A DNA stretch of 20,000 nucleotides from an uncultured Planctomycetaceae bacterium (GCA_963976765.1 CAXBME010000008.1:235460-255459), one strand, 5' to 3'. Counted from the stretch's first letter, positions 1 to 8,700 are shown. Notes: a model not told the origin generated them from the letters alone. Numbers and translations: made by a program.

Positions 1-170
1 GTCGCTGTATTCCGGATACGCGGGAAACGGCTGAGTTTCATTACGGATTCACACCGGACCTGCCACATTGCTGGAAATTGTCTTCGGAGGTGTTGGTATC
101 AAGCGGGTGAATTCTCCCATTCGGTTCGTTCCTGTCTGCGAACACGGCCTGTATTGCTGGCAACCTAAAT

Positions 171-264
171 CCGCCGCCGGGCCGCTCAAGCAGAAAATCG
201 GCTCCCCCTGAAGGTCGCCCCCAATTTTCTGCTTGCCCGGAGAGCAGAGCCCCGGCTCAGGCGG
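171..264. promoter_or_regulatory. Long imperfect stem-loop upstream of the small-gene operon; candidate single-stranded promoter/ssi-like element
   Basis: Perfect 12-bp inverted repeat CAAGCAGAAAAT (187-198) / ATTTTCTGCTTG (224-235). Outer arms CCGCC-GCCGGG (171-181) and CCCGGC...GGCGG (251-264). The function is inferred. Confidence 0.45.
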
Positions 265-332
265 CTTTTGATCGGTTTGCCAGAAGGCCGCGATGGTCGC
301 AGCCGGAACGACGAAACAAAGGAGAATTTACG

Positions 333-536
333 ATGTCTGATAACAACAACAGTTCGAGCAGATCCCCCAGTCATGTCGCCTATCAGGTGCGTGATCGCGA
401 GGGGAAAAAAGGATTCTGGACGCGTATCGGCAGTGTCTGGGCACACGCTGACGGCAAAGGCTTCAACGTCCAGCTCGAATGCGTGCCACTCGATGGACGC
501 ATCACCCTGCGACTGGCCACCGAGAGCAACGAATAG
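333..536 (+). CDS. Small conserved plasmid-type hypothetical protein (WTRIG-x-x-W motif), possible ssDNA-binding protein
   Basis: Strong RBS AAAGGAGA at 318-325. Protein-like sequence AYQVRDREGKKGFWTRIGSVWAHADGKGFNVQL is rich in aromatic and basic residues. Confidence 0.75.
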   Translation: MSDNNNSSSRSPSHVAYQVRDREGKKGFWTRIGSVWAHADGKGFNVQLECVPLDGRITLRLATESNE

Positions 537-546
537 CGTTTTCACT

Positions 547-568
547 GGGCGGGCGGCAACGCCCGCCC
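547..568 (+). other. Perfect 9-bp GC hairpin with GCAA tetraloop, intergenic
   Basis: GGGCGGGCG-GCAA-CGCCCGCCC with no following U-tract. Confidence 0.7.
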
Positions 569-593
569 CACAACCAGAGAAAGGACTCTCATC

Positions 594-860
594 ATGAAAC
601 TTGAAATTGAAACCATTGCCCGCCATCGCAACGGCATCTGTGGCGCACCGTTCCACGTCCTGCTGTTTTCCGACATCGGACTGCATCACACTCGTAAGCT
701 CGCCATCGTGTTTGACGCTCCGCACCACGTCGCCGTTCTCGACGTCGCCAGACTCTCCCGAGGAGACATCGCGTTCGTCACCAACTCGTGGCGGGGAGAC
801 GTCTACGAGCCACACCTGCGAAAAGCCATTGATGCCTCTGAGCAGGAGTGTCTGCCATGA
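594..860 (+). CDS. Hypothetical protein (88 aa)
   Basis: AAAGGA RBS upstream; its stop overlaps the next start (ATGA at 857-860). Confidence 0.7.
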   Translation: MKLEIETIARHRNGICGAPFHVLLFSDIGLHHTRKLAIVFDAPHHVAVLDVARLSRGDIAFVTNSWRGDVYEPHLRKAIDASEQECLP

Positions 861-1093
861 ACAGCACTCCCGACATGAACAATGCTCTGCGGGCAGCCCG
901 AGCAGAACGTGCCCTGTCCAGATATCAGACAGACAGTGACCTCCAGACCTGCCTTGTGGATCTGCTCGCCGACGCCATGCACTGGTGCGACTACTGCGGC
1001 GCGGACTTCCATCTGAGCCTTGCCCAGGCGTGCCGCCACTACATCCACGAACTGAACGATCAACAACACGATGAAAGGAGAATCATCCCATGA
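857..1093 (+). CDS. Hypothetical helical protein (78 aa)
   Basis: ATG at 857 behind AGGAG (844-848), rather than the ORF-track start at 848. ATGA coupling at both ends. Contains LVDLLADAMHWCD. Confidence 0.7.
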   Translation: MNSTPDMNNALRAARAERALSRYQTDSDLQTCLVDLLADAMHWCDYCGADFHLSLAQACRHYIHELNDQQHDERRIIP

Positions 1094-1878
1094 CCAGCAC
1101 TGCCGATATCAATCCGTTCTACGCGGCCCGTCGCAACCGGCCTGCTGTGACTCAAAACCCACCGCACACAGTCGCTCCACTGCGTTATGCAAGACTGCCG
1201 CTGGCTCCACGGACGGCAAGTCCCGTTCCGCATCTGACGAGCCTGTATCACTTCCATCGGGCGGGTGACTACGGTGACCGGAGTTATCCCGGCAACTGCG
1301 GCGGTAATCTCATCAGGGATCTGCTGCTCTACTTTCGACCCGGACTGGTTTACGACCCGATGAGCGGCTCGGGAACCTGTGCCGATGTCTGTCGCGAGAT
1401 GCAGATTCCGTGTCTGTCATTCGACATTCATCAGGGATTCGATGCCTGCGATCCGCAAGGATTCGGCACTGACGAAGTGTTCGACTTCATCTGGGCACAT
1501 CCGGCCTACTGGCGGCAGAAACTTTATGCCAACGATCCGCGTGACCTGTCGCGGTCTCCGACACTCGATCACTTTCTGCGACGGTACGCTCAGTTTATCC
1601 GCAACAGTGCCAACTCCCTGAAAGCTGGCGGCAGGCTGGCGATTCTGATGGGCGACTATTGCGACCGCGAAGCAGGCTTCGTGCCCCTGACCTTCCACAC
1701 GAAACGGCTTGCGTTCGCGGCGGGATTGCAGCAGTGCTGTACCGACATCATTCGGTTCAGTCACGGAGCCAGCAGCTCGCGGAAAGTCTATCGCTCCTCG
1801 TTCATTCCCGGTCTGCACGACGTGTGCATGATCTTCGAGAAACAGACTGACAGCAGCAGGGGTACGCGCCATGACTGA
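1090..1878 (+). CDS. Orphan SAM-dependent DNA amino-methyltransferase (N6-adenine/N4-cytosine type)
   Basis: Motif I-like VYDPMSGSGT, motif IV-like FIWAHPAYW, and LKAGGRLAILMGD. RBS AAAGGAG at 1074-1080 with ATGA coupling. No restriction endonuclease nearby. Confidence 0.8.
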   Translation: MTSTADINPFYAARRNRPAVTQNPPHTVAPLRYARLPLAPRTASPVPHLTSLYHFHRAGDYGDRSYPGNCGGNLIRDLLLYFRPGLVYDPMSGSGTCADVCREMQIPCLSFDIHQGFDACDPQGFGTDEVFDFIWAHPAYWRQKLYANDPRDLSRSPTLDHFLRRYAQFIRNSANSLKAGGRLAILMGDYCDREAGFVPLTFHTKRLAFAAGLQQCCTDIIRFSHGASSSRKVYRSSFIPGLHDVCMIFEKQTDSSRGTRHD

Positions 1879-2107
1879 AGTTATCGACTCATTGCGATCG
1901 CTCCTCGCCGAGCAGAAATCCATCGCCATCGTCTGGAACATCGAAGACGTGCAGTCCGTCCGTCCCGATCTCACCGCCGAACAATGCTGGCAGGTGCTCA
2001 CCGACGTTCGCCGTAATCATGATGCCTGCGTCGGCATCAACTGGGACGTGCTTGACTGCGTTGCATTCGAGCTGTTCGGTGCCCCGCAGCAGGAGGCTTC
2101 AGCATGA
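1871..2107 (+). CDS. Hypothetical protein (78 aa)
   Basis: 8-bp overlap with the methyltransferase stop and ATGA overlap with the next gene. Contains W-x-x-EDV..RPDL..HDA.VGINWD. Confidence 0.7.
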   Translation: MTEVIDSLRSLLAEQKSIAIVWNIEDVQSVRPDLTAEQCWQVLTDVRRNHDACVGINWDVLDCVAFELFGAPQQEASA

Positions 2108-2451
2108 CGACACTTATCACGCTCAGCGAAGAGCAGTTTGAAGCTCGCTTCCCCCTCATCCGCAATCACCTGAATCCCACAGCCTGCTGGGATTCTGGCG
2201 ACGGATACGGATGCCTGTTTGATAACACTGGCCCAGAGCTGGACTTCATCCAGCAGGCCGACCCCCTCACCGTCTGGACCGTGGTTGATGGCGAAGACGG
2301 TGACCTGTACGTTCTCAGTGGCCGTCACTTTGTGAACCGGATCGGCTACCTCGTCAGCACCACGGCCATTGACGCCGGTGTCCAGTTCGAGGTTCCTGTC
2401 CGCATGGCCGACGACGCGGATGTCGGGCGTTCGTCAGAGTCCAACTCATGA
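2104..2451 (+). CDS. Acidic hypothetical protein (115 aa) of mobile-element type
   Basis: RBS AGGAGG at 2091-2096 with ATGA coupling. Contains VWTVVDG...SGRHFVNRIGY. Confidence 0.75.
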   Translation: MTTLITLSEEQFEARFPLIRNHLNPTACWDSGDGYGCLFDNTGPELDFIQQADPLTVWTVVDGEDGDLYVLSGRHFVNRIGYLVSTTAIDAGVQFEVPVRMADDADVGRSSESNS

Positions 2452-2642
2452 CCGAATCATTCGACGACATCCTCGATGACCTGTTCCACGGCTGTGCCTT
2501 CGCGGCCTTCGTGGAACAGGCTGCCCTCACTGGCGGGCCTCCCTGCCCGCACCTGACGCGCCGGCACGCGTACCGGCTCTATGAAGAAGCCCTCGCCGAG
2601 AGACATCACAGGGCTGACACCACCAATCCGAAGCGTCCCTGA
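2448..2642 (+). CDS. Hypothetical protein (64 aa)
   Basis: ATGA overlap with the upstream gene; last gene of the coupled run. Confidence 0.6.
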   Translation: MTESFDDILDDLFHGCAFAAFVEQAALTGGPPCPHLTRRHAYRLYEEALAERHHRADTTNPKRP

Positions 2643-2805
2643 CGCCGATTGCTGACCACGTTTCGTCGGTCTCCTGGCACGGTTTTGCCTGCCGCTTTCT
2701 CAGTGTGGCTGGCCGTTAAAGAGTGTTGTTCTGCTGAATCATTTTTTCTGTCAGACGTCTCCCCTAAGCGTTGCTTAGGAAGTTTTTCACGGTGAAAACA
2801 TGATT

Positions 2806-3045
2806 TCATGCAGGACGTCATTCAGGCCGTCATGCAGGACAGCCAGCCTGCAATCATGCAGGCCAGCAGGAAAGACAGCCAGCCAGACGGCTTTCTGTTA
2901 ATACAACATGACAGCTTGCCAGCATGCTTTCAGGCTGGGTAGCTGGATTGAATGAAAGCTGACATGCCAGCCTGCTCGCAGGCATGACACCTTGCATGAA
3001 ATACTGCTTGCCAGCCTGCAATCTTTCATGTAGGCGTCTGGTTGT
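2806..3045. repeat. Degenerate short-period repeat tract upstream of parA; putative centromere/operator of the type Ib partition system
   Basis: TCATKCAGGMC at 2806, 2818, 2830 and 2854. GCCAGCCTGC at 2842, 2966 and 3010 (14-bp identity at 2842 and 3010). Pervasive 4-nt periodicity (CATG/CAGG/CCAG/CTTG). Confidence 0.65.
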
Positions 3046-3729
3046 ATGATTATTGTAATTGCAAATTCCAAAGGCGGTGTCGGTAAATCGACACTCGCCG
3101 TTCACCTGGCGGCATGGCTGGCTCGCCAGGGCCACCGCGTTACGCTGGCTGATTGTGACACGCAGCAATCTTCCTCAGAATGGATTCGCGAGGCATCACC
3201 GGAAGTGAAAGCCGTCCGCCTCGCGAATCCGGACATTATCCTCAACGAACTGCCGACACTCGGGCAGGATGCCGACTATGTCATTGCCGACGGTCCCGGC
3301 AGCCAGACGGAGACCAGCCGCGCATTACTGCTGCGGGCTGACATGGCCATCGTTCCGTGCAAGGCCAGCATGCTGGAAGTGAGAGCACTGGCCAAAGCCA
3401 CCGACGTCCTGCGTCAGGCTCAGGACATCCGTGCCGGCCAGCCGAAAGCCATCATCGTGCTGAGCATGATCGGCAAGAAATACCGGCTCACCAAAGACAT
3501 GAAGGACGCGGCATCCGCACTCAATCTGCCGCTCGCCACCACCGCCATGACACTGCGTCAGATTTATGCTGATGCGCCGGGGCAGGGAGCCACTGTCTGG
3601 GACATGGGTGCTCGTGCCCGCGAAGCCGCTGCCGAAGTTGAGCATCTCTTCCGCGAGATGCTGCCTGCCGCATGGAAGCGACGCGGCAACCAGACGACGA
3701 CTACAAAACCGAAGACTACGAAGAAATAG
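3046..3729 (+). CDS. parA: ParA-family partition ATPase (type Ib, no N-terminal HTH)
   Basis: Deviant Walker [20 protein letters not shown], Walker B YVIADGPG; 227 aa. Confidence 0.93.
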   Translation: MIIVIANSKGGVGKSTLAVHLAAWLARQGHRVTLADCDTQQSSSEWIREASPEVKAVRLANPDIILNELPTLGQDADYVIADGPGSQTETSRALLLRADMAIVPCKASMLEVRALAKATDVLRQAQDIRAGQPKAIIVLSMIGKKYRLTKDMKDAASALNLPLATTAMTLRQIYADAPGQGATVWDMGARAREAAAEVEHLFREMLPAAWKRRGNQTTTTKPKTTKK

Positions 3730-3741
3730 GGGAGGGCGAAC

Positions 3742-4044
3742 ATGGCAGAGCGACGCTCACTCATTGAAGGACTCAAAGACACCCCGCCACCCGTCGACAC
3801 ACGTCTGGAGAAAGATTTTGTCTACGGCGACCAGCCGAAACCAACTCCCGAGGTGGCTCGGCCACCAGCCAGCCCGGCTCTGTCGCGGGTGCCGATCAGC
3901 ACGCGGATCCGCTCTGACTTCGCTTCCGCTCTCAAGCGGGCATCGCTCGAACGGCAATTGAGCGGAACGGAACCGAACACGTTGCAGGACATCCTCGAAG
4001 AAGCCATTGAGCCGTGGCTCAAATCCAACGGTTACAACGACTGA
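3742..4044 (+). CDS. Putative ribbon-helix-helix centromere-binding partition protein (ParG-like)
   Basis: Directly follows parA with a GGGAGGG RBS. Pro-rich flexible N-terminus. C-terminal strand-helix-helix pattern RVPISTRIRSDFASALKRASL...TLQDILEEAIEPWL. Confidence 0.75.
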   Translation: MAERRSLIEGLKDTPPPVDTRLEKDFVYGDQPKPTPEVARPPASPALSRVPISTRIRSDFASALKRASLERQLSGTEPNTLQDILEEAIEPWLKSNGYND

Positions 4045-4064
4045 TAACCATTGCCGGAGAGCTG

Positions 4065-5105
4065 TCAGCCCGGCATTCCCCTGCGTTCGTACCATTTCCG
4101 GCAGAATCCAATGAAAGCCGCGTCAGCGTCTCGGGGCGCTTCGCTGATCCAGTCACGCCATTCCCGCTCCAGGTAGTACACATCCCAGCCCGGAGCCGCC
4201 GTTCGGGCATCGTGATACGTCTCAGGATTCAGTGGCGGAATCTGAGCGAGGGCGGGTTCTGCCAGAAGCCCGGCGGCTTCCCGGCTGCGGAAAGTCACCA
4301 TGTCCGATTCCATCGAAATCGAATAGTCGGGCATGTGCTGAAACCGGAGATCCTCAGCAGCAATCTTTGAGACAAGTCGCCGAAACTCCTTCTCGGTCGA
4401 AGCCGACCCGCACTTCTTCTGCAAAACCTGCAATGAGATTTTCCACTCACTCTGCTTCCCGCAATGCTTGCGGGCAATCTCATAGATCCGCCGCTCCAGC
4501 GGCTTCCGCAGACGGAAGTAATCGCGGTGCAGTGTCAGCACTTCCTGATTCCGGATCGCATTGAACACCCAGTCCGAGAGTTTGATTTCGATTTCCTGCA
4601 TTCGCCCATCACGGGTTTCACGGACAATTCTGGCACGCTCAATAAGTCCAAACGTCTCGAAAATCTCCTGCCCGCCGGTGACGAGGTTCGTGCTGATCCG
4701 CGTTCCAGCCAGACGCTCGAACGCGGCCTTCAACGCCTCATAACCCTGACCATTGGTCATGCGGTTGGTGGCCTTGAGCAGGTCGTGAGCCTTGAATCTC
4801 ACGACGGAAGAAACTGGTTGCCGGGCATTAATGGCTGCCATCAACTGGCTGATACAGTAAATCAGGATGTCACGGTCATGGACAGTCGCCAGGCCATCGG
4901 CAGATGGCTTGACCTCGACAAAGACCGAACCATGTTCATATCGGCGAATCCGATGATCCGGCTTCGTCGACAGCGAAAAGATCGGATGCTCCATGCTGGC
5001 CATGTCGCCCTTCGGAGCCAGATCCGTCAGATCGCAGACAAAGAAATCCGGCGTCGGATACCGATCAGGAAGAAGAGGAGGGCGGTCTCTGGCATGTTCA
5101 ATCAT
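4065..5105 (-). CDS. repA: Plasmid replication initiator protein A (RPA family)
   Basis: Family motifs KGDMASMEHPIFSLS, GLATVHDRDILIY and YFRLRKPLERRIYEIARKHCG. ATG at 5105 is preferred because the longer GTG start (5165) lies inside the iterons. Confidence 0.9.
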   Translation of the reverse strand: MIEHARDRPPLLPDRYPTPDFFVCDLTDLAPKGDMASMEHPIFSLSTKPDHRIRRYEHGSVFVEVKPSADGLATVHDRDILIYCISQLMAAINARQPVSSVVRFKAHDLLKATNRMTNGQGYEALKAAFERLAGTRISTNLVTGGQEIFETFGLIERARIVRETRDGRMQEIEIKLSDWVFNAIRNQEVLTLHRDYFRLRKPLERRIYEIARKHCGKQSEWKISLQVLQKKCGSASTEKEFRRLVSKIAAEDLRFQHMPDYSISMESDMVTFRSREAAGLLAEPALAQIPPLNPETYHDARTAAPGWDVYYLEREWRDWISEAPRDADAAFIGFCRKWYERRGMPG

Positions 5106-5118
5106 CGCCCGTCGATAC

Positions 5119-5298
5119 TTCGATAGATCACACACCAAGTCAAGCAGTTTCGATAGTTCAGCCACCGACGGTGTTGCTTCGATATTTCACACACCGCAAC
5201 CGACCGCTTCGACAGTTCACACACCGCCTGAAACTTTCGATGGTTTACACACCGTTTTTCGATGGTCTACACACCGGGTTTCGATAGTTTACACACCG
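5119..5298. repeat. Iteron array: seven 19-bp direct repeats, consensus TTCGATAGTTYACACACCG
   Basis: Copies start at 5119, 5149, 5178, 5208, 5236, 5258 and 5280, immediately upstream of repA. Confidence 0.9.
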
Positions 5299-5340
5299 AC
5301 CGTTCTGAATCTGCCAGCTAAATCAGCAGGTTACTGACCG

Positions 5341-5405
5341 TTATCCACAACGTAACACTCTATCTAACACAAGTATTTAACACACAATGCCAAGTCTGTG
5401 AATAA
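5341..5405. promoter_or_regulatory. Origin core: two inverted DnaA boxes flanking an AT-rich unwinding element
   Basis: TTATCCACA at 5341-5349; TGTGAATAA (reverse complement TTATTCACA) at 5397-5405; TAACAC at 5353, 5365 and 5378 between them. Confidence 0.8.
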
Positions 5406-5764
5406 CTTGGTCCGAGACGTCCGGCCCAAAGCTCGAATCAGGGCAATCAACTTTGAACGAGAATGCCGAACACACTTCACACAAATCGCCGATCCGAACA
5501 CTACACCAACCACATTGCTCGTGGCAAAGGCGGCAATGGCATTCAGGAGAAGGTTCGAGCACGCGGAACCGACACGGTCAAAATCGAATCGTAAGCAGGG
5601 TTGGAGACGAGAAAGCATCTTCGAGCAGATATATTCCCAGGAGATCGCGTCTCGCTTCCTGATGGCATTTGTGACAGTTTTAGCGTGGTACTGGTTTATC
5701 AATCCTGGCGAGGGTTGTCGAAAAGTCGTGTCATCCCAATGCAATTGGACTGCTTGTTTGGGAT

Positions 5765-8700
5765 TCATACTGCGTCGATCCAGGCGAAGTTCTCACTGGA
5801 AAAGGATTCAAACAGGTTAAACTCTTCGTCCGTCGTCTCCCCCGAAAGTGTGTCGGTATCATCGCCTCCACCGGAAACAGTATCTGTGTCAGCATCTCCA
5901 GCCACCGAGTCAACACCGGCATCAGAACTGTCATGTGACCCATCGACCAGATAGACGTCGTCTCCGATCAGGAAATCATTGTCATCGCCGCCTGACAGCG
6001 TATCGGCTCCAGCACCACCGACCAGCACATCGTCCCCATCGTCGCCCGTGATCGTATCGTCACCGGTATGCCCGGCAATCCTGTCATCGCCGAAACTACC
6101 GACAAGCGAGTCGTCACCTGCACCGCCGTTGATAGTGTCGTTACCGTTGCTGCCGTACAGCGAATCATCACCACGGCCACCAAGAAGGCTGTCGTTTAGC
6201 GGAGTTCCTGTCAGGCTGTCATCACCGTCTCCGCCGACAAGGGTGACAGACCCCGAGAAACTGGCTGCCGAAATTGTGTCGTCACCATCACCACCCCATA
6301 ATTCGGCGCGTTCCACGGTTGTTAACGTGTCATCGCCCAGTGCTCCAGACATTGATGTATTAGTCAGTGTGATCGTGTCATTACCGCTGCCCGCAGTCTC
6401 GAACAGCACGTCAGTGCCACTCCAGCCGATGATGTAGTCGTTTCCACTGCCTCCGGAAATCGTGTCATCGCCAGCGTCTGCAGAAATTGAATCGTTTCCA
6501 CCTGCGCCCAGTAGCAGGTCGTTGTTGGCTGTTCCGTTCAGCGTGTCATCACCACCGGCTCCATTCAGCGTGACGACACCTGAGAAACTTGTTGCTGTCA
6601 GTGAATCAGCACCCGATGCGCCTGTCAGACTCGCCTGCTCGATATCGCTGTTAAGTGTGTCTGTTCCGAATCCGGATAATGACGAATCAGTAATCGCAAT
6701 CGTCAGAGGCGAACTGCCGCTGCCAGTTTCGACCACAATATCGTCGCCATCGCCTCCCGTGAGTGAATCGTTACCGCTCTGGCCAGTCAGCCGGTCATCG
6801 CCATCCCCACCATCCAGAACGTCGTTACCAGCTCCACCAAGCAATGTGTCATCACCGTCAGCACCCTGGAGTGAGTCCGCATCTCCATTACCATTCAGTG
6901 AATCATCCCACAGGCCACCATTGAGTGTATCGTTACCAGCTCCACCCTCGATTCGGTTGCGGTTACGGTCTCCAGTCAGTGTATCGGCTACGCTTCCGCC
7001 GTTGATGCGTTCGATGTCACTGATTCCAGAAGTACCTGTCGCAGTCCCATTGGCAAGATCGACTGTTACCGTTGACGTATAGTCGGAATAGTCGAGCCAG
7101 TCGGTCCCACTGCCTCCGGCGATACTTCCTGAGACTCCGACTCCGTCACTGAAGTCAAATGTATCATTCCCATAGCCACCGATGAGATTCGCAATATAGG
7201 AAAACGTTGCTGTTCCATTTGTCCCTGAAACGGTTCCTGCATTGCTGGCAGTAATAGCCCATGAGACAGCATCCGTTTCGTCACTTGCCCGTATTGTGTT
7301 GTCACCAGCTCCACCGTCGATTGTGTCGGTGCCGGATGAGTAAACGAATTCGTCGTCTTCATTACCGCCAGTCAGAGAGTCATTATCCGCCTGACCATTC
7401 AGCACATCGTCATCGTCTCCGCCGACGAGTGTATCGTCTCCAATTCCTCCAAGTAACGTGTCATCGCCTGTACCTCCCAGAATGGAATCGTTGCCGTCTT
7501 TTCCATTCAGGACGTTGTCCGCACTGTTACCTGTGATGGTGTCAGCCGAATTTGAGCCAATCACATTCTCGATATCACTGAAACTACCAGCTCCAGGAAG
7601 GGATGAGGTCAAGTCGATTGACTGACCTGCAGTGGCTTTTGAGTAGTCGACCCAATCGTTGCCATCGCCACCGGCCAACGATCCTTTAGCTCCTCCATCA
7701 ATCTCGAACGATGGACTTGTGACTGCCATGTCAAACTTGAAGACATCGTCCCCGGAGCCACCCACCAGCGATTCTATAAAACTAACGGAACCAGCCCCGG
7801 TATGAGTGACTATGTCCGTGCCCATAGTTGCTGTGATTGTGTCTGCGTTTATTTTGAACTCGACAGACTGAGTAGCCGCAGAAAAGTCGAGAGTATCGGT
7901 CCCTTCCGACGTGACTTCAACAACCATGTCAGTACCGGGATTGTCAGTAAATGAGTACGTGTCATTGCCATCTCCACCAATCAGCCAATCGTCTCCACTA
8001 TCACCGTGAATCGTATCGTTTCCGTCTCCTCCGCTAATGCAGTCGTTACCAGCTCCACCCCAGAACTCTTCGGCGGAACTGGAACCAGTCAGTGTATCGT
8101 TACCGGAGCCACCGATGACCGCTTCGATCGTCGTCAGATTGGCATCATTCGTTCCAGTTGCAGAAGTCATTCCTAAATCAAACTCCACACCAGATTCGAA
8201 GTTTGAATAGTCCAATGTATCAGTACCAGCACCGCCGTTTATCGTATCGTCCGTATCCGTTGAATCGAGGATCAGCCAGTCATTCCCGTTATTGCCATTC
8301 AAACTGTCATTTCCGGCTCCGCCATCGACGGTGTCATTGTCGTCTCCCCCGTCGATCGTATCGCCACCATCACCACCAATCAGCCAGTCATTTCCATCGC
8401 CGCCGGACAGGCTGTCGTTTCCTCCTCCTCCATTGAGAATGTTGTCGCCACTGTTTCCGGTGAGCGTGTCATTGCCACCACCACCGATCACGTTTTCGAT
8501 AAGGGGCAGACTGCTGTCGATGAACGTCACGTATGGAGCGGATGACGTCAAATCAACATCAACTGCTGAACTCGTGAACGCGGCATAACTCAGTGTGTCA
8601 GATCCACCCGCATCACTTGTGCCAGCCAACGTCGTTTCGTCAATGCTGATCGTCGCGTCCGTAGAAATCACGTAAGTGTCGTCGCCAGCGAGGCCGATGA

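Noticed and set aside
186..815. 209-aa minus-strand ORF and the 268-597 plus-strand ORF
   Set aside because: They overlap better-supported genes that have SD sites and translational coupling, and run through the hairpin region.
1090..2642. Restriction-modification system
   Set aside because: No neighbouring ORF has nuclease size or a convincing PD-(D/E)xK or HNH motif.
5119..5298. Repeat array as a mini-CRISPR
   Set aside because: Spacers are only 3-11 bp, the 19-bp repeats are degenerate, no cas genes are present, and the position next to repA and DnaA boxes fits iterons.
5364..5820. ORFs 5398-5820 (+) and 5364-5768 (-) between the origin and the giant gene
   Set aside because: They overlap DnaA boxes and the end of the giant gene, lack a clear RBS and have no recognisable motif.
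6167..6175. RGD integrin-binding motif in the giant protein
   Set aside because: It falls within a GGxGDD repeat where x happens to be R, which is expected by chance.
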